This document shows, in pieces, positions 1-9,418 of a DNA stretch of 64,000 bases; position 1 is the first letter of the stretch, and each line of letters starts with the position of its first letter. Below the pieces are notes generated by a model. That model did no database searches, was not told where the DNA came from, and worked only from the letters and a program-made list of their open reading frames with translations. A program made the translations under genes and the position numbers. Source of the DNA: an uncultured delta proteobacterium (lineage in GTDB: Bacteria; Myxococcota_A; Polyangia; Polyangiales; B10-G4); assembly GCA_963727445.1 (NCBI GenBank), contig CAVSGI010000021.1, forward strand, positions 576,001-640,000. Direction: 5' to 3'.

Positions 1-447
1 GAGGATGCCGGCTTCGGCCGCGGGGCTGTCCTCCTGCACGCGGCCGACGGTCATCGGCTCGATCAGCTCCATCTCTGGCCAGCCCGTGACCGCCACCACG
101 AAGACCAGCACCGAGGCCGCGATGTAGTTGGCCCCGGGGCCGGCGGCGATGGTGGCGATACGGGCGAAGAGGGACTTGTTCGGGAAGATCTCTGGGTCGT
201 CCGGATCCACCTCTTCGTGAGGGTTCATCCCGGCGATCTGCACGTAGGCGAGGAAGGGGATGGCGCAGATCTGGAAGGTGGTGGGGCTGTTCTTCGGCTT
301 GTAGCGGAAGAGCGCCGGACCGAAGCCGATGCTGTAGCGCAGGACGCGCATCTTGAACGCGCGAGCCACGAGGTAGTGCCCGGACTCGTGGACGATCACC
401 AAGAGGGAGATCCCGAAAATCGCGACGAGGATGTACAGGGGATCCAT
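1..447 (-). CDS. rseP: RIP metalloprotease (M50, site-2 protease); 3' end runs off the window
   Basis: Manual translation of the minus strand gives MDPLYILVAIFGISLLVIVHESGHYLVARAFKMRVLRYSIGFGP, with the HExxH and SIGFGP motifs and a downstream GPxxN motif. Confidence 0.9.
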   Translation of the reverse strand, partial: MDPLYILVAIFGISLLVIVHESGHYLVARAFKMRVLRYSIGFGPALFRYKPKNSPTTFQICAIPFLAYVQIAGMNPHEEVDPDDPEIFPNKSLFARIATIAAGPGANYIAASVLVFVVAVTGWPEMELIEPMTVGRVQEDSPAAEAGIL

Positions 448-550
448 CCGCTCGGAACAGAGTAACCTCGATCCGGGGCAGGTCGAATCGAAAATCGCGT
501 CTGTGTGGGGCTCGGAACATCCACCGGGCGCCGGGTGTCGAAATGGAGCT

Positions 551-2223
551 ATGCTCCGCTACGTGCGGTTCCGGACGCGGCTCGTCGGCCCATTCGTGGC
601 GGTCTTCGCGGGCGCGGTGGCACACGCCCAGCCGCGGCAGACCCTGCACGAGTTCGTTCCGGAGGTACGCACGGACGAGGCGGCGCTCCTCTCCACTCCG
701 GGCGCCGCCGAGCCCGCGGCCATCCTCTATGACGGAGAGCTGATCCCGGCTCCCGAAGATCTCGCCCTCGAAGCGGACGAGCGCCCGATGACCGCCATCG
801 CGGGGGACGGCGTCGGCCCCGACGAGGTGGGACGGCGCTCGCCGACCTTCCGGCCCGATCGCATGACCTCTCTCGAAGGGACACTCGGCTACTACAGCGT
901 GTTCTCCCCCACCATCGCGCCCTTCAAGCGCGTCACCGCCCTCGACGGGGTGGTCATGGACGAGGGCGTGCCCGTGCTCGCGGTCTACGACGAGACCCAC
1001 CGCCCGGTGCAGGTGCTGACCCACGACGCGCCTCCGCCCGACGACAGGCCGCGCGACCGCTTCTGGGGCAGTGTGGTCCTCGACTTCACGAACGGGCGCG
1101 AGGTGCCCCTGCCTTCGGTGTCGCCGGAGTCGCGGATCCTCACGCTCCGCACGCATCCCTACACCGAGCTCGAGAATCCGCAAGGACGCCGCCGACAACT
1201 TCTTCGCCTTCGCGCCGCGCGAGCTGTCGTCGAACCAGGTCCGTGTCACCTTCCTCACCGACGCGCCCCGCGAGTACTTCAATGCGGAGGTGCTCCCCGA
1301 GGTCCGCGCGGACTTCTACGCCGACCAGGCGCGTCCGCTACCGAGGGAGCTCGCCGAGCGGGCGGAGGGCTTCGCCCGGGAGCTCGGTCTCGAATCGGAG
1401 CTCGAGCGTGGCTGAGGCCGTCCGCACCCTCACCCGTCACTTCCGCGAGTTCGAGGAGTCCGACGAGCCGCCCGAGGACACCGGCGACATCTACCTCGAC
1501 CTCAGCCGCGGCCAGCGGGGGATCTGTCGTCATCGCGCCTACGCCTTCGTGATCACCGCGCTCGCCCTCGGCATTCCGGCGCGCTTCGTGATGAACGAGG
1601 CCCATGCATGGGTCGAGGTTCGGATGCGTGACGTCGGCTGGATGCGCATCGACCTCGGGGGCGCGGCGAACGGCCTCGAGGCGCAGAACGCGGACGATCG
1701 TCCGGTCTATCGCCCCGCTTTCAGCGATCCGCTGCCGCGCCCGGAGGTCTACGAAGCGAGCTACTCGCAGCTCGCGCCGGGCCAGGTGTCGGGGATCCGG
1801 CCGAACGGCGCAGGTCCGGGAGGCGGCAACGCCGCGGGCGCGGGGCAGGGCCCTGCGAGCGGCGGAAGCGGCGGCGAGGCGAGCAGCGAGACCGCTACCA
1901 CGACCTACACCAGCGTGACCGCGAGCGATCGCGCGCGGCTGGTCCTGTCGGTGGATCGGAGCGAGTACCAGGTCTTCCGCGGGCGGGGCTTCGACGTGAG
2001 CGGGCGTGCGACCGGCGGCAGCGGCGATCCGGCGGCGGGGCTGCGGGTCGAGGTGCTGCTCCACAGCTCCGACGAGCAGTTCCTCCTGGGCGTCACCGTC
2101 ACGCGCGCCGACGGGTACTATACCGGCCACTTCGGCATCCCACCGGACATCTCGGTGGGCGAGTACGAGCTCATCGTCCGCTCGCCCGGCGACGAGCAGT
2201 ACCTGGCGGCCACCGCGCGCTGA
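551..2223 (+). CDS. Secreted transglutaminase-like domain protein, two apparent frameshifts (~1175, ~1410)
   Basis: Signal peptide-like start; GICRHRAYAF...NEAHAWVEV...GWMRID carries a Cys-His-Asp triad; coding-like sequence continues across ORFs 431..1552, 1071..1415 and 1243..2223. Confidence 0.75.
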
Positions 2224-2232
2224 GGCCGCGGC

Positions 2233-2902
2233 TCAGGAGCCGCAGTAGAACGCGTCGTGGCCGAGCGGCATGTAGGTGAAGGTCAGCCGGAAGTCGTAGA
2301 CCATGGTGGTGTTGCCGCAGGCGTCCACGACGTCGAGCCGGGTGAGGAACGCGTTCGTGATGTCCGTGCCCGTCGGATCGTCGAGCTCCGCGCTGGCGTC
2401 GATCACCAGGACTCCGTCCTGGATCACCGCGTCGATGGTGAAGGGCGTGAACATCCCGGTGCTCGTCCGAAAGACGCTCATGTAGAGCGTGGCGGAGGCC
2501 GGCTCGGCGGTGCCGGGACGCGGATAGACATGAAACGTCTTCTCCGCGTCGTCGAAGGTGCAAAGCGTGAGAATCGATGGAGGCGCAAGCCGTGATGCCG
2601 GGGGCCGGACACTCGGTGCAGCTCCCCGTCGAGCGATCGAGCCACGTGCCTACGGCGCATGAGACGGGGGCGTCTGGCGTGGCATCCGCCACGCCTCCGT
2701 CCGCCGCCGTGCCCACATCTTCGGCGCTGTCAGCGACCGGCGCGTCGGCGATGGCATCGGCGGCCGCGTCGACGGCCGAATCGGCGGGCGTGGAGTCGAT
2801 GCCGCCGTCCGACGGGGACCCGAACGCGTCGTAGCCCAACCGCCCGCATCCACTCGCGAGGAGCGCGACGAGGCAGAGACGGCGGAGAAGGCCACTACGC
2901 AC
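2233..2902 (-). CDS. Putative lipoprotein with Asp/Ala-rich linker, apparent frameshift ~2570
   Basis: Lipobox LLASG-C followed by GRLGYD; D/A-rich linker; C-terminal part lies in the frame of ORF 2233..2481. Confidence 0.6.
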
Positions 2903-3770
2903 GCTCCGACCCTACCATGCCGGCCAGGACGTCGGCCCCGTTGGCCGCCATGTCGTAGGAGCGCCCGGCGGCGACGCGGGCCGCCGGTAGATCGATGGTT
3001 CGCGGGACGGGCCGGAGCCGGGACCGCTTGCTCACGCCCAGCCAGCGCGTCTCCCAGAAGAGGTTGTAGCCCGCTGCGCCGACGATCACGTCGGCAGCGC
3101 TGAAGCGCGTGGCGGCGGGGAAGGGCGCGCTGGGATCGAAGAGGTCGGAGGTGATGACCTCGTGGGTGTCGCCGAAGCGCGCTTCCGCCTCGCGTGTGAG
3201 CACAGGGGCTTCGCCGTCGAGCCCCGCGTGGACGACGAGCGCGAGGGGGCGCTCAGAGGACGCGCCCAGATCGGTCCGCGCCGTCGCCGGCGGCAGGAGC
3301 TCGTCGGGATTGGCGATCACGATGGGCGGGATCTCCTCACGCACCGCGAAGGGCAGCCCGGGCTCGATGCCGATCACCCGCTCGAAGAGCGCCGGCTCGA
3401 AAGGCACGCCGGGCGGACCGCGCAGCCAGGCGGGGGGCGCTTGACGCAAGAGCAGCCACGCCGGCACGTCGAGAGAGGGAAGAAGAAAGCGAAGCGGCGC
3501 CCAGAACAGGTCGACCAGCAGGAGGTCGACGTCCATGGCGCCGAGCGTCCGCGCGAGCGCGCTCCGAGGTGCGCGCGCCTCGTCAGCGAGCGCTCGGGGA
3601 TCGGCCTCGATCTCGATCGCCTGCGGTACCAGGCGGGTGAAGGGGCCGCGGGGAGACAGCACGACCAGCTCGGCGTCAGCGCCGAGGCGGGACAGGCCCC
3701 GCGCGATCGCGAGGGCGCGCACCAGGTGCCCGGCGCCGTGCGTCCCACCGGTGAAGTAGGCGACGCGCAC
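2895..3770 (-). CDS. Putative GT-B fold glycosyltransferase
   Basis: N-terminal GAGHLVRALAIA and C-terminal DVIVGAAGYNLFWE motifs; directly downstream of glmU. Confidence 0.6.
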   Translation of the reverse strand: MRVAYFTGGTHGAGHLVRALAIARGLSRLGADAELVVLSPRGPFTRLVPQAIEIEADPRALADEARAPRSALARTLGAMDVDLLLVDLFWAPLRFLLPSLDVPAWLLLRQAPPAWLRGPPGVPFEPALFERVIGIEPGLPFAVREEIPPIVIANPDELLPPATARTDLGASSERPLALVVHAGLDGEAPVLTREAEARFGDTHEVITSDLFDPSAPFPAATRFSAADVIVGAAGYNLFWETRWLGVSKRSRLRPVPRTIDLPAARVAAGRSYDMAANGADVLAGMVGSERA

Positions 3771-3787
3771 GGAGCTCCGGGCTGCGC

Positions 3788-5209
3788 TCAGCCCTCACCC
3801 TTTTCGCGCGCGGCCTTCGCCGCCTGCATCCGCGCGCGCAAGCGTGACGCGTAGCCTTCCTTGTTCTGCTGCTTGGCGCGCCCCACCGCGAGCGCGTCGG
3901 CCGGGACGTCACGGGTGACGGTGGTGCCGGTGGCGACGTAGGCGCCTTCACCGACCGTGACCGGCGCGACCAGCTGGCTGTCGCTTCCGATGAACGCGCC
4001 GTCTTCGAGGGTCGTCACGTGCTTCTGCACGCCGTCGTAGTTGCAGAAGATGGTGCCGGCGCCGACGTTGACGCCGTCTCCGATGACCCCGTCGCCCAGG
4101 TAGGCGAGGTGATTCGCCTTGCTGCCGCGTCCCATCGTCGTCTTCTTCATCTCGACGAAGTTGCCGATTCGGGCATCGGGACCGAGCACGCTCAGCGGAC
4201 GCAGATGGCTGAAGGGCCCGGTCTGAGCGCCCTCGCCGATCTCGCTCTCGGCTCCGACGGTGTAGGGCTTGAGCCAGGCGCCTGGCGCCACCTTCACGTC
4301 CGTGAGCACGCAGCCCACGTCGATCACGGAGCCCTCGCCGATGGTGGTTCGCCCGCGGAGCACAACGCCTGGCTCGAGGGTGACGTCGTGACCCACCTCG
4401 CAGTCGCCGCCGACCCAGGTCGTCCGCGGGTCGCGAATGGTCACGCCGGAGCGGGCGAGGCCCTCGAGGATCCGCTCCCGCATGGCGTCGTCGGCCTGGG
4501 CCAGCTGCCAGCGGTCGTTGATCCCGTTCAGGTCCGTGATGTCCCACCGGACGTCGCCCACCCCGCCGTCGCCCGCGGCCATCGCCACCAGATCCGTCAG
4601 GTAGAGCTCGCCCTGGTCGTTGTCCGCCTCGAGGCGCGAGAGGCTCTCGCGGAGGAAGCCTGCGTCCATCGCGTAGATGCCCGGGTTCATCTCGTCGATG
4701 GCGCGCTCGATCTCCGTGCAGTCGCGATGCTCGCGAATGCCCACGACGCGTCCCGCGTCGTCGCGCAGGATGCGCCCGTAGCCGGTCGGGTCCTCGATCT
4801 TCGCCGTGACCAACGCGAGGAGATGCTCGCCGCGCACCGCGACCAGCGCCTCGATCGCGGCGGCGGGCAGGAGCGGTACGTCGCCATAGATGATGACCAC
4901 CGTGCCCTCGTAGCCCTCGAGCGCCGGGAGCGCGCAGCGGACGGCGTGGCCAGTGCCCCTCTGCTCTTCTTGCACCGCCTCCCGGACGTCCGGGTCGCGT
5001 TCGCGGATCGACTTCATCACGGCCTGTCGCCCGTGACCGACCACGACAACCACGTCCTCGGCGCCGGCTTCGCGCGCCGCGGCGATCGGCCACGACACCA
5101 TCGGCCGCCCCGCCACCTGGTGCAGCACCTTCGGCAGCGCGCTCTTCATCCGCGTGCCCTGGCCCGCCGCCAGGACGACGGCGACGAACCTCTCCTTCCG
5201 TGAGGTCAT
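3788..5209 (-). CDS. glmU: Bifunctional UDP-GlcNAc pyrophosphorylase/glucosamine-1-phosphate acetyltransferase
   Basis: LAAGQGTRMKS, GNFVEMK, HLAYLGD and hexapeptide repeats; ATG overlaps the upstream stop (ATGA). Confidence 0.97.
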   Translation of the reverse strand: MTSRKERFVAVVLAAGQGTRMKSALPKVLHQVAGRPMVSWPIAAAREAGAEDVVVVVGHGRQAVMKSIRERDPDVREAVQEEQRGTGHAVRCALPALEGYEGTVVIIYGDVPLLPAAAIEALVAVRGEHLLALVTAKIEDPTGYGRILRDDAGRVVGIREHRDCTEIERAIDEMNPGIYAMDAGFLRESLSRLEADNDQGELYLTDLVAMAAGDGGVGDVRWDITDLNGINDRWQLAQADDAMRERILEGLARSGVTIRDPRTTWVGGDCEVGHDVTLEPGVVLRGRTTIGEGSVIDVGCVLTDVKVAPGAWLKPYTVGAESEIGEGAQTGPFSHLRPLSVLGPDARIGNFVEMKKTTMGRGSKANHLAYLGDGVIGDGVNVGAGTIFCNYDGVQKHVTTLEDGAFIGSDSQLVAPVTVGEGAYVATGTTVTRDVPADALAVGRAKQQNKEGYASRLRARMQAAKAAREKGEG

Positions 5210-6357
5210 GGCGCCTCCTCCGACTGGGTGAGATGCGCGGCCACCTTCGCCAGCGCGGGTAGATCGTGCACGTCCTCTTCGAAAGCCGGGACCTCGACGC
5301 AGAACGCCCGGCCCAGCGCGTTGTGCATCCGGTCGGCCTGGATCCGGTCCGCCACGGCCAGGACGCGCGAGTCGTCGAGGGCTCGCCGCAGGTGGCGGGT
5401 GAGCTTCTTGGCGGCGTCCGGCGCTTCTCCGGTGGCCTCGGCGACGACGTCTATCAGCTCGGCGCTCTTCAGAGGCGGTTCCTTGAGCAGGGGGTGCACG
5501 CCGTTGATCACGATGCCCTCCGCCGCCATCTGGTACTTGTGCAGGCGCTCGTGGAAGAAGAGCGCCTCGTCCACCGCCAGGGGGCTGGTGCTGGTGACGA
5601 TCACGAAGGAGACGTCGTCGCCCTTGAGGCTCTGCGCCACCTCTTCGGCCCGCTGACGGAATCCGCCGAAGAGGTCGTTCAGATCGGTGACGAACTCTGC
5701 GATCGAGTCGAGGAACTCGGCACCGGTGAAGCGGGACAGCCCTTTGAGAACCAGCGCCGCGCCCTTGCCCACCAGGTTGAGGGAGAGCTTGCCGGTGCTG
5801 GTGAAGGCTTCGATGAACCAGCGCATCGCCGGCGAGTCCACGAGGCCCACCATCTTCGCCGGTGCGTCGAGGAAGTCGAGAGCGTTCGAGGTCGGTGGCG
5901 TGTCGAGAACGATCAGGTCCCACTGTCCGCGCTCGCGCACGGCGTGGAGCTTCTCCATCGCCATGTACTCGCTCGTACCGGCGAGGGAAGTGGAGACGTA
6001 CTCGTAGATCTTGTTGGCGAGGATCCGGTCGCGCGCCTCGTCGCTCGACGCATAACGCATCACCAGCTCGTCGAAGGTGCGTTTGGTGTCGAGCATCATC
6101 GCGGACAGTGATCCGCGCAGCTCGAGCCCGTGCTCTTCGAACAGAGACGCCGAGATGTCCTGCTCGTCGGCGTTCATCTCGGACAGACCCAGGCTGTTCG
6201 CGAGGCGACGCGCCGGATCGATGGTCAGGCACAGGACGCGCTTGCCGCTCATCGCCGCGTGGACGGCCAGCGCTGCCGCGGTGGTCGTCTTGCCCACGCC
6301 GCCAGCGCCGACACAGACGACGACTCTGCTCCTGCCCAAGACTTCCGCGAGCGACAC
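5206..6357 (-). CDS. ArsA/GET3-family ATPase (single domain)
   Basis: GAGGVGKTT Walker A, TIDPARRLA and LDTPP motifs. Confidence 0.88.
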   Translation of the reverse strand: MSLAEVLGRSRVVVCVGAGGVGKTTTAAALAVHAAMSGKRVLCLTIDPARRLANSLGLSEMNADEQDISASLFEEHGLELRGSLSAMMLDTKRTFDELVMRYASSDEARDRILANKIYEYVSTSLAGTSEYMAMEKLHAVRERGQWDLIVLDTPPTSNALDFLDAPAKMVGLVDSPAMRWFIEAFTSTGKLSLNLVGKGAALVLKGLSRFTGAEFLDSIAEFVTDLNDLFGGFRQRAEEVAQSLKGDDVSFVIVTSTSPLAVDEALFFHERLHKYQMAAEGIVINGVHPLLKEPPLKSAELIDVVAEATGEAPDAAKKLTRHLRRALDDSRVLAVADRIQADRMHNALGRAFCVEVPAFEEDVHDLPALAKVAAHLTQSEEAP

Positions 6358-6369
6358 GGGCGGGACTCT

Positions 6370-6531
6370 AAATGAACGACCACGATTGTGGGACGGAGGA
6401 TCGCGAAGGATGCGGCGTCGCTCGGAGGGAGGGCCGACGAAGGACCGCCGATCGGCCGCTCGAGGAGACCCGACGCGGCGAGCGGCGTCGCAGACGAGCG
6501 AGGAACGTTCCAGAATCGTGGTCCTTCATTT
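6370..6531. repeat. 162-bp inverted-repeat/rod-hairpin element (MITE-like or structured RNA)
   Basis: 26-bp terminal inverted repeats at 6370-6395 and 6506-6531 (23/26 match), plus nested internal stems. Confidence 0.6.
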
Positions 6532-6641
6532 GGCTTGGTGGGCTCCCAGGTCCAGAGGGCAGGTGCCGCTGCTTTTTTGACCCGAAGCAAAAGGGAAAAG
6601 TAGGGTGTCTATCCCACATCTGAGCACATCGGGGTACACGC

Positions 6642-7016
6642 ATGACTTGGCTTCTCGAGGACCGCCGCGGCCGCCGCAGCAACAATCGTTACGTCGCTCT
6701 CCGCTACCAGCTGGAGCACACCCGGGAGAAGGGGGGGCTCGAGGCCCTGGTCCTCGCAGACGACGACGGCCTGGTGGTCGCCTCTTCCGGGGACGCGGCC
6801 GTCTGCGCCGAGCTCGGCGCGGTGGCCCCCCTCATCGGCTCGACCCTCATGGGCATGCCCATGCCTCCGCTCTTGCGGGGCGCCGAGGTGGCCATCCGGC
6901 AGGTGGCGGTCTACGGCCAGAACCTCTACCTCGCCGCCGTGGGTGGAGGTGTGGCCCGCGACGCCCACCTGTCGACCTCGCAGAACGGCGTCGAGCGAAT
7001 TCTCGCCTGCAACTGA
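6642..7016 (+). CDS. Roadblock/LC7-like small protein
   Basis: 124 aa; LEALVLADDDGLVVASS roadblock-type strand pair. Confidence 0.6.
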   Translation: MTWLLEDRRGRRSNNRYVALRYQLEHTREKGGLEALVLADDDGLVVASSGDAAVCAELGAVAPLIGSTLMGMPMPPLLRGAEVAIRQVAVYGQNLYLAAVGGGVARDAHLSTSQNGVERILACN

Positions 7017-7038
7017 GACAGGGCGGCCTTTCGGCCGC

Positions 7039-8052
7039 TCAGCTCCACTTGCCGTAGTTGCCGCTGCCGCCGCCGTTGCCCTGCTTCTGCGCGCGCTCCA
7101 CGGCGGCGATGGCGTCGCGGATGAGATCGGCGGCGCCCTTGTTCAGCAGTCCCTCGGCGATCTCGGTGCCCACCTCGCGCGCGACCCCGCGACGCGCCTC
7201 GCCGCGCTCTGACAGATAGCGGTCCCCTGCGCCCGAGAGGATCTTCATCCCGTCGAGGGAGCCGACCATCCCGTGCATCGTGAGGCGGGCGCCGCCGTCG
7301 CGGAGCTCGGCGTGGCCGGCGATCGGTACCTTGCAGCTGCCCTCCAGCTTCGAGAGGAACGCGCGCTCCGCCTCCACTTCGATGCGGGTCTTTTCGTCTT
7401 CGAGATGGGCGAGGAGCGAAAGGGTGCGTTCGTCGTCGAGGCGCGCCTCGATGCCGAGGGCGCCCTGGCCCACCGCCGGGATGCAGATCTCCGGCGAGAT
7501 CACCCAGTGCGCGCGCTGCTTGTCGAAACCGAGGCGCCTCAGGCCCGCGGCGGCCAGCACGATCGCGTCGTAACCCCCCTCGTCGAGCTTGCGCAGCCGG
7601 GTGTTCACGTTGCCGCGGAGGGTCGCGAAGGCGAGGTCGGGGCGATGCGCCTTGAGCTGCGAGCTCCGCCGGAGCGAGCTGGTACCCACCTTCGCGCCCG
7701 CTTCGAGGGCGTCGATATCGATGCCCTCTGCCGTGACCAGCACGTCGCGCGAGTCCTCGCGCACGGGAACGCAGACGATGCCCAGACCCTCGGCGAGATC
7801 GCTCGGGACGTCCTTCATCGAGTGAACGGCGATGTCCGCGCGTCCGTCGACGATGCAAGCCTCCACCTCGCTCACGAAGAGGCCCTTGCCGCCGATGTTC
7901 ATCAGGGGCTTGTCGAGGATCTTGTCACCCTGGGTGACGACGGCGACCTCCTCGATCTCGACGTCGGGGTGCTTTTCGCGGATCCGAGCCGCCACCCAAC
8001 GCGCCTGTGCGAGCGCCAGCTCGCTCTTCCGTGTCGCGATCCGAAGCTTCAA
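7039..8052 (-). CDS. hemC: Hydroxymethylbilane synthase (porphobilinogen deaminase)
   Basis: IATRKSELALAQ, GGKGLF, VHSMKD, GTSSLRR and LRGNVNTRL motifs; TTG start preceded by AGGAG. Confidence 0.96.
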   Translation of the reverse strand: MKLRIATRKSELALAQARWVAARIREKHPDVEIEEVAVVTQGDKILDKPLMNIGGKGLFVSEVEACIVDGRADIAVHSMKDVPSDLAEGLGIVCVPVREDSRDVLVTAEGIDIDALEAGAKVGTSSLRRSSQLKAHRPDLAFATLRGNVNTRLRKLDEGGYDAIVLAAAGLRRLGFDKQRAHWVISPEICIPAVGQGALGIEARLDDERTLSLLAHLEDEKTRIEVEAERAFLSKLEGSCKVPIAGHAELRDGGARLTMHGMVGSLDGMKILSGAGDRYLSERGEARRGVAREVGTEIAEGLLNKGAADLIRDAIAAVERAQKQGNGGGSGNYGKWS

Positions 8053-8098
8053 CGGTTTTCTCCTCTTCCGCCGGATCCCGCCGGGGCGAGCTCGGCGA

Positions 8099-9418
8099 TC
8101 ACCACTTCTTCCAGCCGCTCTTTCGCCTGCTCCTTCGGCTTCGCCGGGGAAGCGATCGGCGCTCTTCGAGATCGAAGAGGCGGCGCGTGGCTGCGATGAG
8201 CGCGGCCGCTTCCGCGTCCTCACCGCTCGCCTTGAGCTCGTTGATCGGCCGATGAAGGAGCTTGTTCACCATGGCGTTCACCATGGCGTCGAGCGTCTTT
8301 CTGTCCTTGTCCGAAACTTCGAGGCGCGGGACGGTCCGCTCGAGCTCGGCCTGGGCGATCATCAGGAAGCGCTCGCGGAGCTCCTTGATGGTGGGCCCGA
8401 GGGCCAGGGATCGGCGCCACTGCTCGAAGCTCTCGGTCTCCTGGCGGACGATGGCCTCCGCCTGGTCGGCGGCGCGTTTGCGAGCGGCGAGGTTCATCCC
8501 GGCCACTTCTTGAAGGTCGTCCACGTCGTAGAGGAAGACGTTGTCGATCTCGCCGGCGCGCGGGTCGACGTCGCGCGGTACAGCGATGTCGATCAGGAAG
8601 AGCGGGCGGTGCCGGCGGGCGCGTAGCACGTCGCGCATCAGGTCGCGGGTGATCACGAAGCGCGGGCTCGCGGTCGAGGTGATGACCACGTCGGCCTTGG
8701 CCAGCTCGGTCGGGAGCTGTTCGTAGGGAGCGGCGTTGACTCCGAGGCTCGCGGCCAGCTCCTGGGCGCGCTCCGGGCTTCGGTTCACGACCACCAGTTG
8801 GACGCCGCGGCTCACCAGGCTCTTCGCCGCTGCCTCGCCCATCTCTCCGGCGCCGAGGAGCATGGCGCGGCGGCCCGAGAGCTCGCCGAAGATCTTGCTC
8901 GCCAGCTCGATGGCCACCGAGCTGATGCTGACCGTGCCGGCCGCGATGTCGGTCTCGGTGCGGACGCGCTTTGCGACGGCGAAGGCGCGGGAGAAGCAGC
9001 GCCCGAGCAGGGTCCCGAGCCCGCCCGCGTTTTCGCTCGCCTGATAGGCGTCCTTCACCTGGCCGAGGATCTGCGGCTCGCCCACCACCATCGAGTCGAG
9101 GGAGGAGGCGACCCGGAACGCGTGGCGGACGGCTTCTTCTCCGTGGCGCTCGTAGAGATAGGCGTGGAGATCCTGGTTGCCGGCGCGCGTCCCGAGGTAG
9201 GCGCGGACCTGGCGTGCGGCGGTGCCCGCGTCCGGGGCGGCTGCGTAGAGCTCGACGCGGTTGCAGGTCGACAGGAGCACGCCTTCGCGCAGGGTCCCCG
9301 CTTCGATCAGTGAGCGCACCTCTTCGGCCGCCGCCTCGGTCGCCACCGAGAGCTGCTCGCGCACCTCGAGAGGAGTGCCGTGATGCGACAGGCCGATGAC
9401 GAAGATCTCGTCGCTCAT
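8099..9418 (-). CDS. hemA: Glutamyl-tRNA reductase; probable frameshift ~8165, true stop probably overlapping the hemC start
   Basis: LSTCNRVE, SSLDSMVVGEPQILGQVK, GAGEMG and DIAVPRD motifs. Confidence 0.96.
   Translation of the reverse strand: MSDEIFVIGLSHHGTPLEVREQLSVATEAAAEEVRSLIEAGTLREGVLLSTCNRVELYAAAPDAGTAARQVRAYLGTRAGNQDLHAYLYERHGEEAVRHAFRVASSLDSMVVGEPQILGQVKDAYQASENAGGLGTLLGRCFSRAFAVAKRVRTETDIAAGTVSISSVAIELASKIFGELSGRRAMLLGAGEMGEAAAKSLVSRGVQLVVVNRSPERAQELAASLGVNAAPYEQLPTELAKADVVITSTASPRFVITRDLMRDVLRARRHRPLFLIDIAVPRDVDPRAGEIDNVFLYDVDDLQEVAGMNLAARKRAADQAEAIVRQETESFEQWRRSLALGPTIKELRERFLMIAQAELERTVPRLEVSDKDRKTLDAMVNAMVNKLLHRPINELKASGEDAEAAALIAATRRLFDLEERRSLPRRSRRSRRKSGWKKW

Noticed and set aside
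3788..6232. 814-aa GlmU with a long N-terminal extension
   Set aside because: The extension is an alternative frame of the upstream ATPase gene; the real start is the ATG at 5209.
5206..6357. Arsenic resistance operon
   Set aside because: No arsB/acr3, arsC, arsD or arsR nearby; the ATPase is single-domain.
6370..6531. 6S RNA or autonomous IS
   Set aside because: The rod shape is suggestive, but no 6S consensus or usual zapA/ygfA context was recognised, and there is no transposase or clear target-site duplication.
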